From NCBI GenBank assembly GCA_963695345.1, contig OY968769.1, positions 1,760,001 to 1,824,000 of the forward strand: DNA of 64,000 nt, written 5' to 3'. The stretch is from an uncultured Methanomassiliicoccales archaeon (GTDB lineage Archaea; Thermoplasmatota; Thermoplasmata; Methanomassiliicoccales; UBA472). Numbering within the stretch: position 1 is the first letter of the stretch; every line of letters begins with the position of its first letter. The notes under the pieces were generated by a model that was not told the DNA's origin, ran no database searches, and worked only from the letters and a program-made list of their open reading frames with translations. The position numbers were made by a program, and so were the translations under genes. Below, one piece after another: positions 10,146 through 19,530 of the stretch.

Positions 10146-10602
10146 ATGGATCTGAAGAATCAAAAGCGCATGGCGGCCGAGATCCTCAAATGCGGACACA
10201 CCCGTGTCTGGATCGACCCGAACAGGATCGAGGATGTCGCAGACGCCATTACCCGGGCGGACATAAGGACGGCCATCGAATCCGGGACCATCCGCGCAAA
10301 GCCCGAAAAGGGCATCTCCCGTGGCAGGGCCCGCTACATGGCGGCCCAGAAGGCCAAGGGACGCAGGCGTGGACAGGGCAGCAGGAAGGGTACCGCAGGT
10401 GCCCGTACCCCCAGGAAGAGAAGGTGGATCCAGACGATCCGCCCGATCCGTGTCGAGCTGGCTAAGCTCCGCGACGAGGGGACAGATAACCAAGACAGTC
10501 TACAGGGAGTTCTACATGAAGGCCAAGGGCGGCATGTTCAAGAGCAGGAACAATCTCCTGATGCACCTGAAGACCGCGGGATACCTGAAGGAGGCTAACT
10601 GA
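10146..10602 (+). CDS. rpl19e: 50S ribosomal protein eL19 (frameshift near 10480)
   Basis: QKRMAAEIL, RVWIDP, GSRKG, YMKAKGGMFK. Confidence 0.96.
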
Positions 10603-11102
10603 TGGCAACGGGACCGAGATACAAGGTAGCCTTCCGCCGCAGGCGTGAGGGCAGGACAGATTACAGGCAGAGGGCCAGGCTGCTCCGGGCAAGGATCCCG
10701 AGGGCGGTCGTAAGGAACTCCCTGCGCCACACCAGCATACAGATCATTGCCTACGACGCGGTCGGAGACAGGGTCCTGGCCACGGCACACTCGCGCGAGC
10801 TAGTGGACCTCGGCTGGAACAAGGCCACCGGCAACCTGCCGGCAGCCTACCTCACCGGCTACCTGGCCGGGAAGCGGGCCAAGAAGAACGGCGTCACCGA
10901 GTGCGTGCTCGACATCGGGCTCAAGGTACCGGCCAAGGGAGCGGCGGTCTTCGCCGCCCTCAAGGGCATGGTCGACGCAGGCGTCGCCATCCCGCACGGA
11001 AAGGAGATCCTCCCGTCCGAGGACAGGCTGAACGGCGCGCACATCGGCGAGGATGTCGCCAAACTAGTACAGGAAGTCAAGAACCGCATGGAGGCTGCTT
11101 AA
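10602..11102 (+). CDS. rpl18: 50S ribosomal protein uL18
   Basis: [30 protein letters not shown]. Confidence 0.98.
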   Translation: MATGPRYKVAFRRRREGRTDYRQRARLLRARIPRAVVRNSLRHTSIQIIAYDAVGDRVLATAHSRELVDLGWNKATGNLPAAYLTGYLAGKRAKKNGVTECVLDIGLKVPAKGAAVFAALKGMVDAGVAIPHGKEILPSEDRLNGAHIGEDVAKLVQEVKNRMEAA

Positions 11103-11103
11103 G

Positions 11104-11802
11104 ATGGAATGGGTTCCAAAGACCAGGCTCGGCAAGATGGTCCTCACCGGAGAGGTCACCAGCATGAGCCAGGCGCTAGCCACGAAGCTACCGCTGCGTG
11201 AGGCGGAGATCGTGGACATACTACTGCCGGACCTCAAGGACGAGGTCATCGACGTCAACATCGTGCAGAGGATGACCGACTCCGGAAGAAGGGTCAAGTT
11301 CAGGATCACCTGCGTGGTCGGAAACGGCGACGGTTTCATCGGCATCGGCCGCTGCAAGGGCAAGGAGGTCGGGCCATCGATCCGGAAGGCCATCGACAAC
11401 GCCAAGCTGAACATCATCGAGATCAAGCGCGGCTGCGGTTCGTGGGAATGCGGCTGCGGTACGCCGCACTCATTGCCGTTCGAGGTCATGGGCAAGTCCG
11501 GCTCCGTCGAGGTCATACTCAAGCCGGCCCCCAGGGGAATATCCCTGGCCGTCGGCGATGTCGCCAAGAGCATCCTGACGCTGGCCGGCGTGAAGGACTC
11601 CTGGGGATACGCCAAGGGCCACACCAAGACCACCGTCAACTATGCGCAGGCAACGTACAACGCGCTGAAGAAGACCACCGAGATGCGTGTCACCGAAGAC
11701 CAGGAAAAGAGGCTGAAGATCGTCTCCGGACCGGTCCAGATGCACGTGGCCCAGACATCGGTCGATTCCATGTCGGCACCGATGGACGTAAAGGGAGCGT
11801 GA
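11104..11802 (+). CDS. rps5: 30S ribosomal protein uS5
   Basis: [26 protein letters not shown]. Confidence 0.98.
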   Translation: MEWVPKTRLGKMVLTGEVTSMSQALATKLPLREAEIVDILLPDLKDEVIDVNIVQRMTDSGRRVKFRITCVVGNGDGFIGIGRCKGKEVGPSIRKAIDNAKLNIIEIKRGCGSWECGCGTPHSLPFEVMGKSGSVEVILKPAPRGISLAVGDVAKSILTLAGVKDSWGYAKGHTKTTVNYAQATYNALKKTTEMRVTEDQEKRLKIVSGPVQMHVAQTSVDSMSAPMDVKGA

Positions 11803-11807
11803 ACTAA

Positions 11808-12272
11808 ATGGCATTCGCAGTCATCAGGGTGCGCGGGCACTCCGGCGTTAACAGGGACATAGAGGACACCATGAAGATGCTCCGCCTGACCCGGATCAAC
11901 CACTGTGTGGTCCTGCCGCAGACGGCGGACATCCAGGGCATGCTCTACAAGGTGAAGGACTACGTCACCTGGGGCGAGGTCACGGAAGAGACCTTGGCCA
12001 GAATGATCAAGTTCAGGGGCCGCATCATCGGCGACAAGCCCATCGACGACGCAGTGGTCAAGGAGAACATCGACTTCCCCTCGATCATGTCGTTCGCCCG
12101 GGCCGTCTCCAAGGGCGAGGTCCGGTACTCGGACATGAAGAACATCAAGCCGCTGTTCCGTCTGGCACCTCCGAAGAAAGGGTACGGCGGAAGCAAGCGG
12201 GCATACCAAGCCGGCGGTGCCCTGGGCTACCGCGGCAAGGAAATAAACGAGATCATCGAGAGGATGATGTAA
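11808..12272 (+). CDS. rpl30: 50S ribosomal protein uL30
   Basis: AVIRVRG, KVKDYVTWGE, GALGYRG. Confidence 0.97.
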   Translation: MAFAVIRVRGHSGVNRDIEDTMKMLRLTRINHCVVLPQTADIQGMLYKVKDYVTWGEVTEETLARMIKFRGRIIGDKPIDDAVVKENIDFPSIMSFARAVSKGEVRYSDMKNIKPLFRLAPPKKGYGGSKRAYQAGGALGYRGKEINEIIERMM

Positions 12273-12291
12273 GGATAACCGGGTGATTCCA

Positions 12292-12721
12292 ATGGTTAGC
12301 AGAACCGACAAGTTCAGGGGAAGCAGGACCCACGGCCGCGGCAAGAAGAGCGGAAGGGGCGCAGGCAAGCACGGAGGTACGGGCAACGCCGGATTGCACA
12401 AGCACAAGATCCATGCACATGCTGAAGTACATGCCGGACCACTTCGGCCGCCACGGATTCAAGAGGCCACAGAGCATGGTGGGCGCCAAGATCACCATGA
12501 ACGTCTGCGACATCGACCAAAGCGTCGAGAAGCTGGTCATGGACGGCTCGGCCCAAAAGCAGGGCGAGACGTACACCATTAACCTGACGGAGCTGGGCAT
12601 CGACAAGCTGCTCGGTTCCGGTAAGATAGGGGTCGCAGTCGAGATCACGGTGGCTGAGGCCACGGAGACCGCAAAGCAGAAGGTTGAAATGGCTGGCGGC
12701 CATATCCTCCTACCGCAGTAA
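12292..12721 (+). CDS. rpl15: 50S ribosomal protein uL15 (frameshift near 12410)
   Basis: RGSRTHGRG, GNAGLHKHK, FGRHGFKRP, KLLGSG. Confidence 0.96.
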
Positions 12722-12737
12722 GTCTCCCGTGATCCAC

Positions 12738-14323
12738 ATGGCGGAAGAAAAGAAGAGCAGGCTTTACAGGCTAAAGCCAATAACGGACAGGCTACCGGCT
12801 GTAAAAAAGCCGGAGGGCCACGTCCACTTCAGGACCAAGATGCTATGGGTCATCGTGATCCTCGTCTTCTATTTCGTGATGACCAACGTGTTCATCTATG
12901 GTCTTGACCAGACACAGACTTTGGACATATTCGCCCAATACCGGGCAATCCTGGCGGGCGCACAAGGATCACTGATGCACCTGGGCATCGGCCCCATAGT
13001 CACCGCTTCGATCATCATGCAGCTGTTCGTCGGTGCCAAGATCATCAAGCTTGACCTGACGAACAAAGAGGACAAGGCGGTCTATCAGAGCACGCAGAAG
13101 TTCCTCGTCATCGTCATGATTCTGGTGGAAGCGGTGCCGCAGGTCTTCGGCTATCTCGTTCCGTCCACCAATTTCACCAGCGGGTTGAATACGGTGTTCG
13201 CTCCGGGAGGGTTCATCGACGGCCAAGGCATGGCTCAAATAATCATCATCATCCAGCTGTTCGTTGGCTCATATCTCGTGTTCCTCATGGACGAGGTCGT
13301 CTCCAAATGGGGCATCGGTAGCGGGATATCGCTCTTCATCGCCGCGGGAGTGGCGCAAGCCATATTCACCGGTACGGTCAATTGGGAGCCGTACGACCTC
13401 AGGAAGTCCGCTGAGCCTGTCCAATCCGCCGGTCGGGACCATCCCGAAAACGCTTTACATCCTGCATGAGAGCTCAGCATCGTCTCTGGCGAGCGGAGGC
13501 TACGAACGGATATTGCTTCAGAATCCCAATCCAATGATAGCTTTGGTGGGAACGATCGTGATCTTCATGTTCGTCGCCTACATCGAGTCAACCAGGATCG
13601 AGCTGCCGTTGGCTCACGGCACCTCCAGGGGCGCTCGGGGCCGATATCCGATCAAGCTGCTCTACGCGTCCAACATCCCGGTCATCCTGATGGCCGCAGT
13701 GCTGGCGAACGTCAGCATGTTCAGTTTACTTCTTTGGAACAGCGAAGCGCTAAGACAGATCCCGCTCATCGGAGGACAATGGTGGATCGGATTCTTCGAT
13801 GCTGGACAGACTACGCCTTCGGGAGGTCTCGCCTGGTACCTATCCACTCCGCGGGGGGCGGGTGATTGGCTATTGCCTATCCTGAGCCCGGATAGCTATG
13901 GCAGTCTGGCTTTAGGGCATCAGACACTGGCAGATCGGGGTGCACGTGCTGGTGTACTTCGCGGTAATGGTGTTCGGGTCGATACTGTTCGCCAAGTTCT
14001 GGATTCAGACCACAAACATGGGTCCGGAAGCCGTGGCCCGTCAGATCGAGTCCTCCGGACTTCAGATACCTGGGTTCCGGCGTGATCCGCGGGTCCTCAA
14101 GCGGGTGCTGGAACGGTACATACCGGTAGTGACCGTGATATCCGGTGCGACAGTGGGAGCTCTGGCCGCTGGGGCGGACCTGATAGGTACGGTGGGTAAC
14201 GCCAGCGGCACCGGTGTGCTGCTGTCGGTCGGTATCCTAATACAGTTCTATGAGGCGATAAGCCGGGAACAGATGATGGAGATGCATCCAGTGCTGAGAG
14301 GCTTCTTCGGAGGCGGAGAGTAA
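12738..14323 (+). CDS. secY: Preprotein translocase SecY (frameshifts near 13395 and 13930)
   Basis: LGIGPIVTASII, KWGIGSGISLFI, YPIKLLYASNIP, IPGFRRD, SGTGVLL. Confidence 0.97.
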
Positions 14324-14324
14324 G

Positions 14325-15041
14325 ATGGCTGAGAAGATCGCATCCCCAGCCCCGGTAGCCGCGACGGCATCGGCGGCCAAGCCCAAGGGCGGAATGTCGA
14401 GGATGGTCACCATCTTCATCTTCGTCCTGGCGATATTCATCCTCTTCGACCCGTCGCTCAGGGACGCCCTGGGAACGGCGGTCGGCTACGGACTCGACCC
14501 GCTGGTCTCCTTCAACCATGAGTTCCCTGTCGTGACTCTAGTGCTCACGGGTCTGTTGATGGCCGCGCTGACCATCATAGTCCGGCACTTCTTCACCGAC
14601 TACGTGGAGCAGGCAAGGAGCCAGAAGATTGTCGCGGCGTTCAACAAGGAATTGCGCGACGCCCGTAAGGAGAACAACTCCTTCAAGATGAAGAAGCTCC
14701 TGGCCGAACAGCCGAAGATCATGCAGAAGTCGATGGCCCAGACCACCACCCAGTTCAAGCTGTTGCCGGTATCGATGATCATCGTCATCCCGATATTCGC
14801 TTGGCTCTCGGTGTTCATAAACGGTTTGTCTGCTATCAATCACCCCGGTACCACGATCTCTATGCTGTACTATAGCGTACCCTGGTCGAGCATGGCTAAC
14901 TTCAATGAGGCATACCTCTTCCCGCAGTGGGTGCTGGTATACACACTGGTGAGCATACCGTTCGGACAGGTGCTATCGAGAGCGCTCAGGTATTTCTCCT
15001 TCGCGAAACGCCTGAAGGAACTCAAGGCAGCAAAGGCATGA
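14325..15041 (+). CDS. DUF106 / EMC3-TMCO1 (Oxa1 superfamily) membrane insertase
   Basis: TM-coiled coil-TM-TM layout, W.LVY motif, canonical post-secY position. Confidence 0.85.
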   Translation: MAEKIASPAPVAATASAAKPKGGMSRMVTIFIFVLAIFILFDPSLRDALGTAVGYGLDPLVSFNHEFPVVTLVLTGLLMAALTIIVRHFFTDYVEQARSQKIVAAFNKELRDARKENNSFKMKKLLAEQPKIMQKSMAQTTTQFKLLPVSMIIVIPIFAWLSVFINGLSAINHPGTTISMLYYSVPWSSMANFNEAYLFPQWVLVYTLVSIPFGQVLSRALRYFSFAKRLKELKAAKA

Positions 15042-15583
15042 GGATCACGATAAGCGGTCCGATCGGTTCCGGCAAGACCACCGTCTGCAACCTGCTCTCA
15101 AAGAGGCTTGGCTACCGTAGCGTGGTGTCCGGCAATATATTCCGGGAGATGGCCAAGGAGCACAAGCTGACCCTGGCCGAGTTCGGGGCCCTGTGCGAAC
15201 GGGACATGCGCTACGACAGGATGCTGGACGAACGCATGGTCGAGCTCGCCCGGGACAATCCGGACCTCATCCTGGAAGGCCGCCTGGTCGGGCATATGCT
15301 GAAGAAGAACGGCATACCGGCATTGAAGTTCTATCTCACCGCCGACCTGGAGGTCCGGGCCAAGCGTGTCGTGGAGCGAGAGGGCCAGCAATTGCAGGCC
15401 GCATTCCTGGAAATGAAGGAGCGGGAGGAATCGGAAGCGGTCCGCTACCTCTCCTACTATGGCATTGATATCAGGAACGAGGATGTCTACGATGTCGTCA
15501 TCGACACGGCGGACAAGACCCCGGAACAGATCGTCGAGATAATGATCGGGAAGGTAGAGGAATGGAATCCCCAAGTATGCTGA
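15038..15583 (+). CDS. cmk: Cytidylate kinase
   Basis: ITISGPIGSGKTT, SGNIFREMA, LEGRL, YYGID. Confidence 0.93.
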   Translation: MRITISGPIGSGKTTVCNLLSKRLGYRSVVSGNIFREMAKEHKLTLAEFGALCERDMRYDRMLDERMVELARDNPDLILEGRLVGHMLKKNGIPALKFYLTADLEVRAKRVVEREGQQLQAAFLEMKEREESEAVRYLSYYGIDIRNEDVYDVVIDTADKTPEQIVEIMIGKVEEWNPQVC

Positions 15584-16539
15584 TCAAGGACTCGGCACCG
15601 CGTTCGCTCAAGGCGGGTAAGAAGCCTTCGGAGCGAAGCATAGAGGAACTCCTGTCCGCCGGTGTCATCGACCTGGACAAGGTACAGGGACCGACCTCTC
15701 ACCAGGTGACCGCCTGGGTCCGGGACATCCTGGGCATCAAGCGGATCGGCCACGGCGGAACACTGGACCCTCATGTAAGCGGGGTTCTGCCCATCGCCCT
15801 CGGCAAGGCCACCCGGGCCACCGACCTGGTCCTGCGCTCCGATAAGGAGTACGTCTGTCACGTCAAACTGCACAGGGACGTCCCCAAGCAGAAGGCCCTG
15901 GCGGTCATCGCCACGTTTGTCGGCAACATCTACCAGACACCGCCGGTGCGGGCAGCCGTCAAGAGGCAGCTGAGGATCAGGAGGGTCCATTACATCAATG
16001 TCATCGAGATCGAGGGCCGGAACGTGCTGTTCCGGGTCGGGTGTGACGCCGGCACATACATCAGGACGCTGGCGGTCGACATCGGGGAGGCGCTGGGCGT
16101 GGGGGCCAACATGGAGGCGCTGAGGCGGACCCGCTCGGGCCTGCTGTCCGAGAACGGTTCCGTTACATTGCAGGAGCTGAAGGACGCCGCAGTCGCCTGG
16201 AAGGAGGAAAAGGACGACTCCCAGCTGCGGGCCATGGTAAGCCCTTTCGAGCTTTTATTGGAGCCGCTGCCTAAGATAGTGATCAAGGACAGCGCGGTCG
16301 ACGCGATCTGCCACGGGGCGGACCTGGCGGCGGCCGGCATCATCCGGCTGGACCCTGGAGTTTCAAAAGGGGCGACGGTGGCATTGTTCACCCAGAAAGG
16401 GGAGGGTGTGGCCCTGGGGGTCACCCTGATGGATTCGGAATCCATTTTCAAGGCGGTCGAAGGGAACGTCGTCCGGTCGGACCGGGTGTTCATGCCGGCG
16501 GGGACCTATCCCAAGATGTGGATCAAGCAACAGTGCTGA
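15562..16539 (+). CDS. cbf5: H/ACA pseudouridine synthase Cbf5 with PUA domain
   Basis: GPTSHQV, GHGGTLDP, GTYIR, YPKMW. Confidence 0.96.
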   Translation: MESPSMLIKDSAPRSLKAGKKPSERSIEELLSAGVIDLDKVQGPTSHQVTAWVRDILGIKRIGHGGTLDPHVSGVLPIALGKATRATDLVLRSDKEYVCHVKLHRDVPKQKALAVIATFVGNIYQTPPVRAAVKRQLRIRRVHYINVIEIEGRNVLFRVGCDAGTYIRTLAVDIGEALGVGANMEALRRTRSGLLSENGSVTLQELKDAAVAWKEEKDDSQLRAMVSPFELLLEPLPKIVIKDSAVDAICHGADLAAAGIIRLDPGVSKGATVALFTQKGEGVALGVTLMDSESIFKAVEGNVVRSDRVFMPAGTYPKMWIKQQC

Positions 16540-16767
16540 TCACTCGTAAAGGTCGTACTCGCGGAAATTCAGCTCTCCCTTGCGGAAGTGCCGGAACCCG
16601 ATCTCCACCACGGAGACGTCGGCGTTGATCCTGTCCCTAAGTGACTTCGAAACGCCGATGCGGCTTAATCTAGGACTAATGGAAGGAACGGTCTCGATGC
16701 TCTGCACAACTGATTCCAGGTCGTCGAATGTCGCGTCCCGGCCGGATTTGTATGTGGTCTCGCTCAT
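16540..16767 (-). CDS. Hypothetical protein (75 aa)
   Basis: Only ORF filling the gap; AT-rich upstream region; no recognised motif. Confidence 0.5.
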   Translation of the reverse strand: MSETTYKSGRDATFDDLESVVQSIETVPSISPRLSRIGVSKSLRDRINADVSVVEIGFRHFRKGELNFREYDLYE

Positions 16768-16902
16768 CTAGAATCCCTACTTCGTTATTTGTCTTGAGGA
16801 AGTGCAGTATTTATTAGCGTTGTTAGGCAATTGTCAGTACCGATACTGAGACCAGCTCCCGATCTTGTCGCTATCAATAACGGCCGAACGGATGTCTGGG
16901 GC

Positions 16903-17919
16903 CTAGTCGAAATCGCCGAGGCGGCGTTGTTTCGGGGGCGGCAAAAGCGATCTCGCCTCTATACCTAGGCGCCGTTTGATCTCTCCTGCCAGAGTATCGG
17001 CAGAACCGTGATGCGTGTAGACGACCTCCGGGTCGCAGCCCTTGACGAACTCGATCAGCTCCTCGAAGTCGGCATGGTCGGAGAACGGGAACGCCTCATC
17101 CACTCCCATCTGGTATTTGAAGGACGAGCTGATCGCCCATCCAGATACGGCGGCGGTCCTGAGCTGTCCCCTCTTCATCTTGCTGGTGAGGCCATATTTG
17201 GCGGCGGTGGAACAGACCATCACGCTGGGGGAGTCGAACCCGTTGGCGGCCTCGAACGGCCGGTAGCAGTATTCCGCTCCGTGGGATTCGATGTGGCGGG
17301 TGCATTCCAGAACGCTGCCCTCTATGAACGGTTCGAAATCGCTCAGCATCCGGATAAGCTCCTGCGACTTCCCGAGCGGGTAGGCGAAAAGCGCGGTCGA
17401 ATAGCCGCTGGAAATGGAGTCCTCCACCCAATCCTTGATGACCCGGGCGATCTTGTCCGTGGCCGGGAATCTGTAAGATGGGTCCCCGTAGGTGGATTCG
17501 ATGATCAGGACGTCCGTCTTTACCGGCGTCGCCCCTTTCATGCCGAAGCGGTCCCGGGTGCTCATGTCCCCGGTGTACAGGACCGTCTTCTCTCCCTTTA
17601 CCAGGAACATATTGGAGCCGGCGATGTGCCCGGCGTTCAGCATCTCCACCTCTGGGTGGGTGGATGGGACAATGGGTCTGGCGAGCGGCCGTTTCAGCCT
17701 TTTTGAGGCGAGCGTCGCGGTGATGGGCGAACAGACAATGGACCGCCCTTCCAGCTTCTTTGTGGCGCTGGGCAGATGGTCCGAATGGGCGTGGGAAATG
17801 CAATGCACACCGTCGTCGGGGGTGCTCCTGGGGTCAAAGAAGAACTTGGTCCCGCCCATGTGGAGCTCCACTCCCTGACCCCCCGGGCAAAGCCTGACCT
17901 CCAGCACATCCCCTGCCAT
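16903..17919 (-). CDS. Metallo-beta-lactamase / beta-CASP family nuclease
   Basis: SHAHSDH, AGHIAGS, YTGD, ESTYG, SDHAD motifs; C-terminal PIP-like KQRRLGDF. Confidence 0.88.
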   Translation of the reverse strand: MAGDVLEVRLCPGGQGVELHMGGTKFFFDPRSTPDDGVHCISHAHSDHLPSATKKLEGRSIVCSPITATLASKRLKRPLARPIVPSTHPEVEMLNAGHIAGSNMFLVKGEKTVLYTGDMSTRDRFGMKGATPVKTDVLIIESTYGDPSYRFPATDKIARVIKDWVEDSISSGYSTALFAYPLGKSQELIRMLSDFEPFIEGSVLECTRHIESHGAEYCYRPFEAANGFDSPSVMVCSTAAKYGLTSKMKRGQLRTAAVSGWAISSSFKYQMGVDEAFPFSDHADFEELIEFVKGCDPEVVYTHHGSADTLAGEIKRRLGIEARSLLPPPKQRRLGDFD

Positions 17920-18007
17920 CGGGCGCGTCTATCGCGGCGCTAGTATTTACTGGTTGCAGGAAGTGCACCGAAACTACTGGATACGAACTTTCGTGCGATC
18001 ATCGGCA

Positions 18008-18388
18008 CTAGATGTCGTGCCCGGCCATGCGGAGAGCCTCGGACGCCTTCTGGATGTCCTGCTTCCTGACCAGCACATAATCGGTATTGTAGGTGGACAT
18101 GACGAAGATCGGGACGTTGGCTCCGGCCAACGGAAGCGCCAGCTGCGACAGGATGCCGATCTCGGTGAAATCAAAATGGCCGTCAGGCCTTATGCATTTC
18201 CAGCCCTTGCTGCACGTGGCGCCCTCGGGTACAAGGTCCTCGCTGCACACGATCGTCACTTCATCATCGGTGCGCATCACTGAGAAAATGCCGGTGCCGT
18301 CGCTCCATTCCTCGACCTCGGAACCAGGCTCCAGCTGACAAATTGCCAGCGTCACGTCCAGAACCTTGAGCGTCAGCCTCATTATCAT
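18008..18388 (-). CDS. Tandem ACT-domain protein (CASTOR/ACT_7-like)
   Basis: SVMRTDDEVTIV, GILSQLALPLAGANVPIF, STYNTDYVLV. Confidence 0.85.
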   Translation of the reverse strand: MIMRLTLKVLDVTLAICQLEPGSEVEEWSDGTGIFSVMRTDDEVTIVCSEDLVPEGATCSKGWKCIRPDGHFDFTEIGILSQLALPLAGANVPIFVMSTYNTDYVLVRKQDIQKASEALRMAGHDI

Positions 18389-18535
18389 GACGTATGCCGT
18401 TGCCCATAAATATCCCTCTGAACAAATTATCGCAGTTCGTTACTCAGTCCGAATTGGCAACTGGCACACTTTCGGTCACCTCTCCCCTTCAATCCTTTAT
18501 AGGCAGAAGGCGAAAGCGGTGTATAGTGAGAGCCG

Positions 18536-19282
18536 ATGGAACTAAGCACTACAGATCAGAGGGAATATGCCAGCATCGGCATTTCGCATGAAACGCCCTA
18601 TGCCGACCGCACCGACCGGTCAGTGCGCACCTATGTGCCGCCGATCGACACGCTGATAGGCGGACTCCAGCCCAGGACCATGACGCTGATCGACAGCGCC
18701 GACCGGATCGTCTTCGGCATGGTCAACATGATGTCTGTCAATGCCGTCAGCGAGAACCATGATGAGGTGATCTGGGTGGATGGAGGGAACTCTGCCAACC
18801 CTTTCGAGCTCACCGCGGTCTGCAAACGTTTCCGCCTATCCTCGGACGAGGTGCTCTCCTCGGTGACGATATCGAGGGCGTTCACCGCGTACCAGATGTC
18901 CACCCTGATCGAGGACATGCTGGAGAAGGAGGTGCGGCGCATCCGCACCGGCATGGTGGTGATATCGTGCTTCCCGGACCTGTTCCAGGACAAGGACATG
19001 GACTGGTCCGAGTCGTTCCAGCTGATGCGGCGGTCGATGGACAAGCTGCGGGAGCTTACGGAGAAGCATGACCTGGTCACCGTCATCACGAACTTCGGCC
19101 TGGCCAAGATGTTCTACCGCAAGGGACTGAGGCCGCTGCTGTACGACGGCGTGGACCGGGTGGTGCGCATCGAGACCTACGGGAAGGCGCTGCGCATCAT
19201 GCTGCCGAAGGAGAACATCGGCACCCTGTACCGCCCGGTGCCGCGTAACCAGACCACCCTGGACGAGTTCGGGGGGTGGTGA
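18536..19282 (+). CDS. Inactivated RadA-like ATPase (iRadA) of the PolB2 operon
   Basis: IDTLIGG, WVDGGNS, ISRAFTAYQ RecA-fold elements but no Walker A GKT; PIP-like C-terminus NQTTLDEF. Confidence 0.85.
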   Translation: MELSTTDQREYASIGISHETPYADRTDRSVRTYVPPIDTLIGGLQPRTMTLIDSADRIVFGMVNMMSVNAVSENHDEVIWVDGGNSANPFELTAVCKRFRLSSDEVLSSVTISRAFTAYQMSTLIEDMLEKEVRRIRTGMVVISCFPDLFQDKDMDWSESFQLMRRSMDKLRELTEKHDLVTVITNFGLAKMFYRKGLRPLLYDGVDRVVRIETYGKALRIMLPKENIGTLYRPVPRNQTTLDEFGGW

Positions 19283-19530
19283 CGACGGGACGGACGGTGC
19301 CCACCTACCGCATGAACGCGGAGGGCATGATCAACAGCTGGTCCGATTATAGGCGGGCGTTGCCGCAGGACGACAAGACGGCCTTCGACTCGATGTGCAA
19401 CCGGGTGCGGATGCACGCCTCCGCCGCGACGTACGCCGCGTTCACCGATCCCTTCGAGAGCGCCGTGCTCTCGATCCTGCTGGAGCAGGAGAAGGAGATC
19501 CTGGCGTTGCGAAAGAGAGATGTCCGATGA
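19276..19530 (+). CDS. Small alpha-helical PolB2-associated protein (PPB2/arCOG07300-like)
   Basis: GRTVPTYR...W..YRRAL..D...FD...P.E..LLSILLE; lies between iRadA and PolB2. Confidence 0.82.
   Translation: MVTTGRTVPTYRMNAEGMINSWSDYRRALPQDDKTAFDSMCNRVRMHASAATYAAFTDPFESAVLSILLEQEKEILALRKRDVR

Noticed and set aside
14323-15583. Absence of adk, rpl34e and rpl14e after secY
   Set aside because: Loss of L34e/L14e is known for Thermoplasmata, and adk may lie elsewhere; not novel.
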